Below the pieces are notes generated by a model. The model ran no database searches and was not told the origin of the DNA. It worked only from the letters and a program-made list of their open reading frames with translations. From assembly GCA_965218055.1 (NCBI GenBank), contig CBDCKA010000002.1, positions 745,619-809,618 of the forward strand: 64,000 nt of DNA, read 5' to 3'. Below are positions 1 through 8,965 of this stretch, piece after piece; position 1 is the stretch's first letter, and each line of letters opens with the position of its first letter. The translations under genes were made by a program, and so were the position numbers. This DNA comes from Terriglobia bacterium. GTDB taxonomy: Bacteria; Acidobacteriota; Terriglobia; JAJPHL01; JAPKYU01.

Positions 1-638
1 CGCTCGAGGATGGTCACTTGCTCTCGAGTACGCAGGTTCGCCAGGAGAGACTCGATTTGCGTGCGGGTCGGACCGGGCGCAATCTTCTCACCAATGCTAC
101 CCTCGTCCGCAAGCACGACCGTCCGGCCCGCATCGGCCGCGGTGAGCGCCGCCGAGAGTCCCGCAACACCGCCGCCGGCAACAAACAGGTCCGGGTGGTG
201 GTTGCAGGTCTCCCTATGACCAGCCGGCTGACCGCGGGGCACTGTGCCGAGCCCAACCATGCGGCGGATAATTCGATCCATCAGCGGCCAAATCCATCTC
301 GGCCGAAAGAACGTTTTGTAGTAGAAGCCGACAGGGAACAGCCAGGAGAGATGCCAGAGCGCGGAATACACATCGAAGTCCACGGAGGGCCAGCCCGCCG
401 TTTCGCGAGCGATCACCTGTCCATCGACCGCTGGCGTACAACAAGCGCGAACCGCTGGCTCGGCATCGATCGTGACAAGACAGTTGGCACAATCACCGGT
501 CAGGCAATACAGTCCCCGAGGACGATGGTACTTGAAAGAGCGTGAGAAGACACGCACACCGGCCCGGTATAGCGCGGACGCGACAGTGTCTCCCGGGCGG
601 ATGGGGATCGATTTCCCCTCGAAGTTAATTGAAGACAT
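1..638 (-). CDS. FAD-dependent oxidoreductase with an N-terminal 2Fe-2S domain, sarcosine oxidase alpha-subunit-like. Only the 5' part is present; the gene runs off the window start.
   Basis: Hand translation of the minus strand from ATG at 638-636 gives MSSINFEGKSIPIRPGDTVASALYRAGVRVFSRSFKYHRPRGLYCLTGDCANCLVTIDAEPAVRACCTP. This is a SoxA/HcnA-type 2Fe-2S N-terminus. It is followed by the dinucleotide-binding fold DLFVAGGGVAGLSAALTAADAGRTVVLADEG. It is absent from the ORF track because it is truncated at the window edge. Confidence 0.6.
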   Translation of the reverse strand, partial: MSSINFEGKSIPIRPGDTVASALYRAGVRVFSRSFKYHRPRGLYCLTGDCANCLVTIDAEPAVRACCTPAVDGQVIARETAGWPSVDFDVYSALWHLSWLFPVGFYYKTFFRPRWIWPLMDRIIRRMVGLGTVPRGQPAGHRETCNHHPDLFVAGGGVAGLSAALTAADAGRTVVLADEGSIGEKIAPGPTRTQIESLLANLRTREQVTILE

Positions 639-641
639 TGG

Positions 642-911
642 TTAATGGACGTCATCGATCTCGTTAGAAAGTGTGTTGCGCCGGACTGTCAGCCACCGGC
701 CGCAACCTGCTTGGTGGAACCAGCGTTCGGTCTGGACGCCGGCGACATTCTCAGGCAACCAGACGCGCTGGTAGTCCTCTTCGGTCTCCGGGCGTCGGGC
801 TTCGCCGCCGAACGAAAACTCGGTGTACGGTCGGCTGCCGCAGTGGGGGCATGTCAGGCGGAACGCCAAAATCAATAGCTCCGGGCGCGGGGGAAGCGCG
901 CGTGCCGCCAC
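642..911 (-). CDS. Sarcosine oxidase delta-subunit-like small protein (SoxD family). The true start is possibly an internal TTG near 875 or 869.
   Basis: The 89-aa ORF contains LTCPHCGSRPYTEFSFGGEA and WFHQAGCGRW, which match the SoxD CPxCG and CG zinc-ribbon signature. It lies immediately upstream of the SoxA-like gene on the same strand. Confidence 0.5.
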   Translation of the reverse strand: MAARALPPRPELLILAFRLTCPHCGSRPYTEFSFGGEARRPETEEDYQRVWLPENVAGVQTERWFHQAGCGRWLTVRRNTLSNEIDDVH

Positions 912-945
912 CTAGCGCCAGACGGGAGAGCGCTGGCGCCCGGTA

Positions 946-2979
946 TCATCGGCTTGTTCTTACCAGGCGGAAGCCAAGGGCACCGTCGCGGCGGACAGGT
1001 CCGAGTGCGGCTCGAAACGTACAGCTGCAAATGACTGCGGCGCCACCCCAGCCGCAGCCACGAACCACCCGGCCCGAGCCTTCGGAGGGCACTTGGGGCT
1101 CCGTGGTCGGAGTCCGGCCCGAGCCCGCGGAGGGCCCTTGGGGATCCGTGACCGGATCCGCCGAATATTCGGTGTCGTAGTCCCGGAGCCATTCCCATAC
1201 ATTGCCGTTCATGTCATACAAGCCCCAAGCATTGGGCTGCTTTTGAGCTACGGGGTGAGTCTGCTTCCCGGAATTCTTGAGGTACCAAGCCCTGTCATCC
1301 AGGTTTCCGGCATGCTCGCCCTTGGTGCCCGCCCGGCAAGAATACTCCCATTCCGCCTCCGTGGGAAGGCGATACAAATACCCATCCCGGCGGGCATTCA
1401 GTTTGCTGATAAACTCCTGCGCATCGGTCCACGTCACATTGTCAACGGGGCGGTCGGCACCTTTGAATTCGCTGGGATTGCGTTCCATTAGGGCATCCCA
1501 TTGCGCCTGGGTCACCTCCGTTGTCTGCATGTCAAACGCGCGGGTTATGGTCACTTCGTGAACAGGCTTCTCCTCTGCGTCTTCTGTCTCCGACCCCATT
1601 TGAAAAACACCCGGCCCGATGTGCGCGAACTTCATCGAGCGAATGACGCCCTCGGTTTTTTCCTCCTCAATCACCATAGACCCGGCCAAGGCCCACCAGA
1701 TGGACGCCTGGACGACGCCGGAACTCGGCAGAATCTTCACGTCGTAGTTGGGCACTGGAACCAGCGCATCGCCGAAGGGCCACTTCGGTTGTATGATGTA
1801 GTCCGGCTCTGGCAGCTCAGTCGCCGGTTTTCCCATCCCGCTGATGACCTCTAGGATTTGCGCGCCTGCGCTGCGGGCGGCTTCGTAGACCTCAACTGGC
1901 CGCCGATAATAGCCAAGGAAAAAAAACAGATCACCTGGCTTCAGCTTTGCTGAAAGCTCTTGCACCGGCGGGACTTCCCCCGAAATACGCTCAAACTGGC
2001 GGATAAACTTCGGATCACCTGGAGAACCTGGCTGCCAATGAGGATAGTGTGAGATCAGCCACGCATAGACTTGGTGCCCGTCCCTTCGAACCTTCATACA
2101 CGCCTGCGCTGCCTTCTCGATGGACCCAACCTCCTCCTTACTCAGGGCGCTGTACAACTCACCGAGGATGTTTAGGTAGGCTTGGCCCAACTGGCCCGCA
2201 GGGATTGCGGGCACAGTGTGTTCCTTATGGAATTTCTTATGACGGAAGGGCAGATTGCGTTCACGCGCACCGGGCACAAGCACGCTCTGGTACATGGCAG
2301 GCATATGTCCCTGGCGGGTGAGGGCAGAAACGAGTTCGCCGGTGAATGTCCAGAGAAGCGCGAGGTTTTGCTGCGAGACAATGGGATAAGTCTGGCCCTT
2401 AAACCGTCGGAGAACATCTGGTGGCACGGGAGCTGAGCTTTCAAGAAACGCCGCCACGTTCCTCAGCAGTTCCTTGGCGATTTCATCTGGGGGCTTTGGG
2501 CCAATGCCAACAACGAACGCACCGGTGGCGTGCAATTTACGCGCAAGGGCGAGTTCTTGATCCGGTGTTACATTTGACCAGGAGAATATCACAGCATCTT
2601 TTGAGGATAATTTAACAGCGGGCGAGTATTCCTTGAGTAGAATCAACCCGCCGGAGCGTCCCATGCCTTCTGAGACGAAGTCGTAGCGAACGCTGGCTAT
2701 GAACAGGTCACCGCCAGCCAGCAGCCGCTCGGCAACAGCCTCGCCCGCCTTCGTTATTGTCGGCAGATCTTTTTGGGCACTTTGTGTGCCAGCGAAGAGC
2801 GCGTCGAAGTAAGATTTAGCAAAGGGGCCATTGGCCTCGGCAGCCGCTACCGATCCGGTGTTTGCCCTCGACCAGCTACCGCCGAGACCGAACACTATCA
2901 AGACCAGACATAGCAAGCCTGGCCGGATAAGCATCCGAGCCCCAGGGCGCGAATTCTGTTGAAGTCCGTCCATGAACAC
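946..2979 (-). CDS. Secreted two-domain protein: an unknown N-terminal domain of about 430 aa plus a C-terminal formylglycine-generating-enzyme (FGE/SUMF1-sulfatase) domain.
   Basis: Signal-like N-terminus MLIRPGLLCLVLIVFGLGG. C-terminal motifs typical of FGE-sulfatase domains are WEWLRDYD, RVVRGCGWGG and GFRLVRT. A GGGAGGG ribosome-binding site precedes the start at 2979. Confidence 0.65.
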   Translation of the reverse strand: MFMDGLQQNSRPGARMLIRPGLLCLVLIVFGLGGSWSRANTGSVAAAEANGPFAKSYFDALFAGTQSAQKDLPTITKAGEAVAERLLAGGDLFIASVRYDFVSEGMGRSGGLILLKEYSPAVKLSSKDAVIFSWSNVTPDQELALARKLHATGAFVVGIGPKPPDEIAKELLRNVAAFLESSAPVPPDVLRRFKGQTYPIVSQQNLALLWTFTGELVSALTRQGHMPAMYQSVLVPGARERNLPFRHKKFHKEHTVPAIPAGQLGQAYLNILGELYSALSKEEVGSIEKAAQACMKVRRDGHQVYAWLISHYPHWQPGSPGDPKFIRQFERISGEVPPVQELSAKLKPGDLFFFLGYYRRPVEVYEAARSAGAQILEVISGMGKPATELPEPDYIIQPKWPFGDALVPVPNYDVKILPSSGVVQASIWWALAGSMVIEEEKTEGVIRSMKFAHIGPGVFQMGSETEDAEEKPVHEVTITRAFDMQTTEVTQAQWDALMERNPSEFKGADRPVDNVTWTDAQEFISKLNARRDGYLYRLPTEAEWEYSCRAGTKGEHAGNLDDRAWYLKNSGKQTHPVAQKQPNAWGLYDMNGNVWEWLRDYDTEYSADPVTDPQGPSAGSGRTPTTEPQVPSEGSGRVVRGCGWGGAAVICSCTFRAALGPVRRDGALGFRLVRTSR

Positions 2980-3086
2980 TGATCCCTCCCGATTCCTTGG
3001 TGATGTTGCCGAGCCTGCGCAGAATGGCTAAGGAGCTACCACCAGCACACGGAGAGTTGCCGAGAACAAAGCAAGCTGACGCACGA

Positions 3087-3125
3087 GCGCGGATCCTTCG
3101 CAGTGGTATTGGAAAGGATCCGCGC
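3087..3125 (-). terminator. Perfect 10-bp-stem hairpin (GCGCGGATCC / GGATCCGCGC) immediately downstream of the TonB-dependent receptor stop. Candidate transcription terminator.
   Basis: The inverted repeat is seen in sequence 20 nt after the stop codon at 3146. The T-tract is weak. Confidence 0.35.
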
Positions 3126-3145
3126 TGCGCGTCGAGACGCGCTTC

Positions 3146-6100
3146 TTACCAAAGCAATTTCAGACCAAACTGCAGGTCTCTGCCCTCAAAGGCGCTACCG
3201 ATAACTCCAAAGCCTCCGGTTCCGAAGGTGGTCCCAGGATCCCTAAAATTGGCAGTGTTGGTAAGGTTGAAAGCCTCAAAACGAAACTGCAACGTAAGTC
3301 TCTCATGCAGTGTGAAATCCCGAAGGAGGGCGAAGTCCAGATTGGTTACACCCACGCCTTGGACTATGCCACGTCCTGCGTTCCCGAACCTGGCATGCAG
3401 CGTATCAGATCCCTCTAAAAGAGGAGGCGCAACAAACGCAGATGTATTAAACCACTTGTCCGTTGCCGGATCGAAGCTACCTCTTCCAGTATTCGGGTCG
3501 CCTATAAGGTCTGGCCGAAACGAGGAGGTGCTTCCCACATTCAGACTATCGCTGGGCATACCAATCGTCAGGTATGGACCGTTCATAAGGGTGAGGATTC
3601 CATAGAAGGTCCAGTTGCCCAAGACCCGCCCCGCAAAGCTGTCGGTCAAGAACCTTTTTCCTGGCCCGAATGGAGACGTGTAACCGGGAACGAACGTGAA
3701 GCGTCCGTTAACACTGCCATCGCCCATTCCGCGGTTAAGGTCCCCCGTACTTGGTGCCCTTCCCTCGCCTCCACTCGAGCTGAGGTCAATGCTCTTGCTG
3801 AATGTGAACGCCGCGAGCAGGGACAAACCGTCTGGGCCGGGCCTCTTCCGTATGCTAGCTTCCAGCCCATGATAGGTCGCGTCCCCGTCACCACGAAACA
3901 TTAAAATAGTCGTGAAGTCCGGGAAGGGGCGCCGGGGTGTAAGCGGCTCAAGACCCCGGCCGGGAGCGGCGTCGTTGATGGTGGTCGTACTAAACTCGTT
4001 AAGCGAGCGGCTGCCCTGGTAGCCGATCTCAAAAGACATATCTTGGGTTAGCTCGCGCTGGATGGAGGCGCCCCAAGAGTGAACTACGACTCTTGGAAGG
4101 GGGCTCTGGATGCCCCAGGGATTAAACCCAGCATTAGCAAAGTCTTCTGGACTGTCGAACATGGGGTCAGGAAAGGGATTCGACATCGATAGATCTGGAA
4201 CTACCGCGGCACCGAAATTGCTCTCAAGCGCGGCATTCTGCCGGGGGGCCCCGCCCAAAAACCAGTACCCGGCGAAATACGGTTCGTTCGAATAGGCGCC
4301 ATAACCTCCGCGGATAACAGTCTTGTCACCGATGCGATACGCAATACCGAGACGCGGCAGTGGCATATCGTTCGTCATTTCAACTAGGGGAACACCCGCC
4401 TCAAAACGTCCTTCTTCCGTAGCCGGGAGGTTCGGATCGAATTGGAAGGCAGGGAAAAGCTCTCCTGTCTGATCGTTGATGTTCGCGCTCAGGCCTGAGT
4501 GGTCTACCCAAGGGCCGCGATACTCATATCGGAGCCCAAGATTGATGGTAAGTCTGTTCGTTACCTTCCAGTCGTCCTGAATGTACCAGGCATGTGTGAC
4601 CTGACTCAGGTCGCCAAAAAAAGAATCCGCGCCAAGTTCCGAACTAGTGACGTGTCCCAACAGGAAGTCGCCGAAGGCGTTCCCTGTGTAACGATCCGAG
4701 AAGTTAACGCTTGAACCTCTCGAGAAGCTATTCCAGGAGAAGTTTCTCCGAAGTTGATATCCGAGCTTGACAGTATGAGCTCCTTTAAAGAACGACAAAT
4801 TCTCCTTAATTTCTGGATAATGGCCGATCGGGGCCGCGCCATGCCAGAAGGGATCCCCCAGTCGAAGGAAGCCGGGGATGCTAACGTCCAACACCCCATC
4901 ATTATCGGCCGTACTCCGCGGAAAGCGGGGCAACCCGAGGGCCTGATTGAAGCCCTGGGGTGTTTTAGTCGCCTCCCCCAAACCAGGGGAATAGGGCCGT
5001 TTGAAGTAGTGTACGCCAAATTCGTTTATAACGGTCGGGCTGAATGTATGTGTCTGGACGAGATTGACCGCCCAGGTTCTCAGGCTGTCGGTCCTGGTGA
5101 ATACCTGAATCGCGTTAACCTGATCTATCGGGGCGGAATCCCAAATGCCGCGCATAGACCAACGATCGTTGTCCCCAGTTCTGAAGTCGATCTTGGCGAT
5201 TAGCTGGTCCTTGTCGGTTCCCGAAGTACAATCACCGCACCGAAAGTTAGTGCCGGTGCCGGTGCCGAAGTTTGGTGAGGGCCAGAATTGCAAAAACTGT
5301 TGTGAAGTGCTGTTGAGGCGATCTGCCGGAATGGTATTGTTCGGGAAGGGCGCTCCGGTTAGGGGATCAGTGACCGGGCTTGTGAAGATCCCATTCTTTT
5401 CGGCAGTCGTCGGTACGATCCCAGTAAACGACGAGAACCTTTTCTGCCTTTGGGCTTGCCAGGAAACGAAGAACCAAGCGTTGTCTCTGCCGTCGAATAC
5501 GCCGGGAATGAAGATGGGGCCTCCAACCGTCGCCCCGTACTGGTTCTGCTTGAATTCAGGGCGCTCTCCGGGATCAAAGAAATTCCGGGCATCCACGTTG
5601 TCGTTGCGAAGGAAGTTGAACACGGTGCCATGGATCAAGTTCGTACCGCTCTTGGTCACTAGGCTGACGACGCCTCCCGGCCGGATTCCGTACTCGGCTC
5701 CATAGAGCCCGGTCTTGATCGCGAACTCCTGCACCGAGTCCGGTCCCTGGGTATAGGTCATTTGGCCGTTGTTCTGCGATAGCATACTGCCATCGACCAG
5801 GACCATCGTGTCCTGGGGGCGCATCCCACGGACGTGGAAATTCGCAGCAAAGTTGTTACCGAGACGGTTGCCGCGAGCCGGGGCTATGCCCGGGGACAGC
5901 AGTACGAGAGAGCCAATCACGTCCCGCCCGTTGAGCGGAAGCCCAACGATCTTCTCGTTCTCAATGACTGTGGTCATTGTCGGAGCCTCCGTCTGCAACA
6001 GAGGAGCTTCCGCAGTGACCTCGATTTTTTCTGTCACCGCGCCGAGGGAGAGCGTGAAATCCATTCGATAGGTGCGGCCAACCTCCAGCGTGACGCCTGA

Positions 6101-6376
6101 CCGCAATTCGGTCTTAAAGCCAGCAGAGGACACTTGAATCTCGTAGGCGCCGACGGGGAGATTGGTCAGAGTGTAATCTCCAGTGTCGGTAGTGACGGTC
6201 CGGAAAACTTGGTTCGTCGCCACTTGTCTCATCTCGACTTCGACGCCGGGCACAATGGCGCCGGTCGGGTCTAGGACCCTGCCCACTACTGACGCCAAAC
6301 CAATCTGAGCTTCCGCAATCAGGGAAGATCCGAGAAATGTCAAAGCCAGAAGGACTGCAACGCTTGACCTACTCAT
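3146..6376 (-). CDS. TonB-dependent receptor-like outer-membrane protein with an N-terminal carboxypeptidase-regulatory-like domain.
   Basis: 1076 aa. It has a signal peptide and the N-terminal Ig-like pattern VGRVLDPTGAIVPGVEVEM...TDTGDYTLTNLPVGAYEI. The long beta-rich body ends in aromatic W. The architecture is typical of Acidobacteria. Confidence 0.75.
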   Translation of the reverse strand: MSRSSVAVLLALTFLGSSLIAEAQIGLASVVGRVLDPTGAIVPGVEVEMRQVATNQVFRTVTTDTGDYTLTNLPVGAYEIQVSSAGFKTELRSGVTLEVGRTYRMDFTLSLGAVTEKIEVTAEAPLLQTEAPTMTTVIENEKIVGLPLNGRDVIGSLVLLSPGIAPARGNRLGNNFAANFHVRGMRPQDTMVLVDGSMLSQNNGQMTYTQGPDSVQEFAIKTGLYGAEYGIRPGGVVSLVTKSGTNLIHGTVFNFLRNDNVDARNFFDPGERPEFKQNQYGATVGGPIFIPGVFDGRDNAWFFVSWQAQRQKRFSSFTGIVPTTAEKNGIFTSPVTDPLTGAPFPNNTIPADRLNSTSQQFLQFWPSPNFGTGTGTNFRCGDCTSGTDKDQLIAKIDFRTGDNDRWSMRGIWDSAPIDQVNAIQVFTRTDSLRTWAVNLVQTHTFSPTVINEFGVHYFKRPYSPGLGEATKTPQGFNQALGLPRFPRSTADNDGVLDVSIPGFLRLGDPFWHGAAPIGHYPEIKENLSFFKGAHTVKLGYQLRRNFSWNSFSRGSSVNFSDRYTGNAFGDFLLGHVTSSELGADSFFGDLSQVTHAWYIQDDWKVTNRLTINLGLRYEYRGPWVDHSGLSANINDQTGELFPAFQFDPNLPATEEGRFEAGVPLVEMTNDMPLPRLGIAYRIGDKTVIRGGYGAYSNEPYFAGYWFLGGAPRQNAALESNFGAAVVPDLSMSNPFPDPMFDSPEDFANAGFNPWGIQSPLPRVVVHSWGASIQRELTQDMSFEIGYQGSRSLNEFSTTTINDAAPGRGLEPLTPRRPFPDFTTILMFRGDGDATYHGLEASIRKRPGPDGLSLLAAFTFSKSIDLSSSGGEGRAPSTGDLNRGMGDGSVNGRFTFVPGYTSPFGPGKRFLTDSFAGRVLGNWTFYGILTLMNGPYLTIGMPSDSLNVGSTSSFRPDLIGDPNTGRGSFDPATDKWFNTSAFVAPPLLEGSDTLHARFGNAGRGIVQGVGVTNLDFALLRDFTLHERLTLQFRFEAFNLTNTANFRDPGTTFGTGGFGVIGSAFEGRDLQFGLKLLW

Positions 6377-6511
6377 AGCTGCCTCCTCACCAAGTTTTGT
6401 CGAATATCAGACATTCTGAGCATCCAGCTATTTTACTGGGTAACAGGCTCTGAAGTTGCTTGTCAAGAGGAAAATCGCATCCATGAATTTCTTTTTTGTT
6501 GACATAACCTG

Positions 6512-6546
6512 TTCGCATAACCATAGTGGGCACCTTACCTCTTAAA
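6512..6546 (+). promoter_or_regulatory. Candidate sigma70-like promoter (TTGACA, N17, CATAGT) in the AT-rich divergent region upstream of the ADH gene.
   Basis: Hexamers read from sequence. The -10 element is a poor match. Confidence 0.2.
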
Positions 6547-6654
6547 GTTAAAGCCCAGGCATCGCTTCGGCGAGGACAACTTGCAGACCGCGCGCCATAG
6601 CCTTCAGACACGTCGGGCTCGTATCGACAATTTCCACACTCAAGAGGCTCGCTC

Positions 6655-7689
6655 ATGAAGGCAGCCGTCTGGTATGGGAAGCGTGACGTCCGCCTCGAGG
6701 AGGTGCGCGAGCCGCCGAATCCCAGCGGGGAAGACGTAGTCGTTGAAGTTAGCTGCACCGGAATCTGCGGGACTGACCTTCACGAGTATCTCGCCGGGCC
6801 GATCTTCATTCCGCCAGCCCTGAAGCGGGTGGTCCTTGGGCACGAATTCAGTGCACGGGTGACTGCTGTTGGAAAGGAAGTAACCAGGGTGAAGCTGGGC
6901 GACCGGGTCGTCGTCATCCCTCATCGCGTGTGCCGGACATGTCATTTTTGTCAACGTGGGATGCTGCAACATTGTCGGAACTTGCAACTGGTTGGGATTA
7001 CACGGGACGGCGCCTTTGCTCGCTACACCGTTGTGCGCCAGGACCAGCTGGTCCCCCTGCCAAGTACTATCACGGACGAAGTTGGCGCGCTCATCGAGCC
7101 GCTTGCGGTGACGCTGCGCGCGATGCAGTTGCCCGGTGTCCGCATTGGCGACGATGCGGTAGTTATCGGCGCCGGGCCGATCGGCCTTTGCGCCCTCGCG
7201 ACGGCGCGGGCCGCAGGCCTCCGGAACATCTTCGTCATCGAGAAGCTCCCGCGCCGGGCCGCGCTCGCACATGAGCTGGGAGCGGCCGCCGTCATCGACC
7301 CGCAGCTTGAAAATCCTGTCGACGCAGTCCGCGACCTTACCCGGGGCCGTGGCGTCGATGTCGCCTTCGAATGCGTGGGGCTGGTCGCGACCATGAATCT
7401 CGCCATCGAAGTTGTACGACCAGGCGGACTCGCTGTTATCATCGGCATCGCTGAGACAAGCGGCGACCTCAACCTTCATCGCGTAGTTGCAGGCGAGAAA
7501 GAAGTGCGCGGGTGCATTGGTTATTTCGATGGTGTGTGGGAAGCTGTTATCGACCTGCTCGCGTCCGGGCGACTCGATCCGACCCCACTCGTGACCCACC
7601 GAATCGCGGTGAACGACATTGTCGAGCAGGGCTTCCGTGCTCTCATCGAAGAGAAAGACTCGTGCGTCAAGGTTCTGGTGCACCCGTAA
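6655..7689 (+). CDS. Zinc-dependent alcohol dehydrogenase of the MDR family (threonine/sorbitol/butanediol dehydrogenase-like).
   Basis: Motifs GHEFSARV, the structural-zinc Cys cluster CRTCHFCQRGMLQHC and the Rossmann motif VIGAGPIGL. Confidence 0.85.
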   Translation: MKAAVWYGKRDVRLEEVREPPNPSGEDVVVEVSCTGICGTDLHEYLAGPIFIPPALKRVVLGHEFSARVTAVGKEVTRVKLGDRVVVIPHRVCRTCHFCQRGMLQHCRNLQLVGITRDGAFARYTVVRQDQLVPLPSTITDEVGALIEPLAVTLRAMQLPGVRIGDDAVVIGAGPIGLCALATARAAGLRNIFVIEKLPRRAALAHELGAAAVIDPQLENPVDAVRDLTRGRGVDVAFECVGLVATMNLAIEVVRPGGLAVIIGIAETSGDLNLHRVVAGEKEVRGCIGYFDGVWEAVIDLLASGRLDPTPLVTHRIAVNDIVEQGFRALIEEKDSCVKVLVHP

Positions 7690-7697
7690 ACGGGCGG

Positions 7698-8444
7698 TTG
7701 AAAGGGAAGCGCGGCCTCGTCGTCGGTGCCTCCCGCGGCATTGGGAGGACGACTGCTCGCACGATGGCGCGGGAGGGGGCTCGACTCGCTGTGGCGGCGC
7801 GCGGACGAGACAATCTCGAGTCACTCAGCCGGGAAATCGCACATAGCGGCGGCAAAGCAGTCGTGATCGTTGTGGATTGCAGTAACGCGGAAGATGCAAC
7901 CCGCGCAGTCGAGTGCGCCCATGAAGCGCTCGGGGGGCTGGATTGCGTGGTTAATGTCGCCGGCATCCATCCTACCTGGGCGCGGATCGGCGATCAGCCC
8001 ATCGAAAGTTGGGACCGAGTGATCGCTGTCAACCTCTCTGGCAGCTTTTACATCTGTCGGGCCGCGCTGCCGCTCCTCGTCGCAGGGGGAGGCGGCTCCA
8101 TCGTTAATGTCACGTCGGTGGGCGCGTTCCGAGCCTGGGATCTCGTTGGACCCTACACCGTGGCGAAGGCGGGACTCGAGATGCTCACGCGGACAATTGC
8201 GCACGAGTATGGGCGTGAGGGCATCCGCGCGAACTGCGTCGCGCCAGGAGTGATCGACGCGGGAATCACGGACGACGTACTCGGGCGCGATCCGAGTCTC
8301 CGGAAGACATTGATCAACATGCACCCGATGGGGCGGCTCGGGCTTGCGGAGGAAGTGGCTGAGGCGATTGTGTGGCTTGCTTCGGACGCTTCGTCGTTCA
8401 CGACGGGGACGTCGATCGCGGTCGACGGAGGATTCCTCGCGTAG
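7698..8444 (+). CDS. Short-chain dehydrogenase/reductase (SDR).
   Basis: The ORF track starts at 7512 and would overlap the ADH gene. An in-frame TTG at 7698 gives MKGKRGLVVGASRGIG, the classic TGxxxGxG start. YxxxK is present as YTVAK. Confidence 0.8.
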   Translation: MKGKRGLVVGASRGIGRTTARTMAREGARLAVAARGRDNLESLSREIAHSGGKAVVIVVDCSNAEDATRAVECAHEALGGLDCVVNVAGIHPTWARIGDQPIESWDRVIAVNLSGSFYICRAALPLLVAGGGGSIVNVTSVGAFRAWDLVGPYTVAKAGLEMLTRTIAHEYGREGIRANCVAPGVIDAGITDDVLGRDPSLRKTLINMHPMGRLGLAEEVAEAIVWLASDASSFTTGTSIAVDGGFLA

Positions 8445-8469
8445 TTGAGGAATCGAGAAAGGAGGAAGA

Positions 8470-8901
8470 ATGATGGCAAAAAATGTTCCGGAAGGCGGTG
8501 TCGAGAAAAAGGAGATCATTATGCCCAGCGAGGTTCACTCGCTGGAGCTGTGGCCGTATTCGCATGGCGTCAAGGTTGGGAACCTGCTCTTCATCGCCGG
8601 GCAGGTCGCCCTCGACGAGGAGCTTCGACTCATCGGGCCCGGCGACGTCGAGGCACAAGCGCGGCAGGTGTGGACGAACATCAAGAAGGTCGCTGAGGCG
8701 GCAGGCGGCAAGGTCACCGACGTGGCCCGCGTGACAACGTTTGTGCTCGACATCAACAGCTTCGATGCCATCCACCGAGTGCGAAAGGAGTTCTTCCCCG
8801 ACGGCCGGTACCCGACCGCGACCGGTGTCCAGGTAGTGAAGCTCGGGCTGCCGGGGCTGCTCCTCGAGACAGAGGCCTTTGCCGTTATCGGATCGTCGTG
8901 A
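8470..8901 (+). CDS. RidA/YjgF/TdcF-family enamine/imine deaminase.
   Basis: 143 aa. Family-typical LLFIAGQVALDE and GKVTDVARVTTFV. A GAAAGGAGG ribosome-binding site lies upstream. Confidence 0.8.
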   Translation: MMAKNVPEGGVEKKEIIMPSEVHSLELWPYSHGVKVGNLLFIAGQVALDEELRLIGPGDVEAQARQVWTNIKKVAEAAGGKVTDVARVTTFVLDINSFDAIHRVRKEFFPDGRYPTATGVQVVKLGLPGLLLETEAFAVIGSS

Positions 8902-8912
8902 TAAAACGAGCG

Positions 8913-8945
8913 TGAACTAAAAAAGCTAAGAAAGCTTAAGAAAGC
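8913..8945. repeat. Short imperfect tandem repeat (AAGAAAGCT-like, 3 units) directly upstream of a GGGGGAGG Shine-Dalgarno sequence.
   Basis: Seen in sequence: aaaagctaagaaagcttaagaaagctaaggggg. Confidence 0.3.
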
Positions 8946-8965
8946 TAAGGGGGAGGCTAAAGAAG

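Noticed and set aside
18-545. 175-aa plus-strand ORF at the window start.
   Set aside because: It is antisense to the clearly motif-bearing SoxA-like gene (2Fe-2S + FAD fold). It has no motifs and an Arg-rich composition typical of GC-rich antisense frames.
6640-7824. 394-aa minus-strand ORF overlapping the ADH and SDR genes, and similar long antisense ORFs at 7821-8519, 8535-9164, 13141-13809, 15356-15937, 15983-16552, 34276-35037, 55581-56516 and 57472-58086.
   Set aside because: Each lies opposite a gene with strong family motifs. The sequences are Arg/Pro/Gly-rich low-complexity products of high GC, with no recognisable domains.
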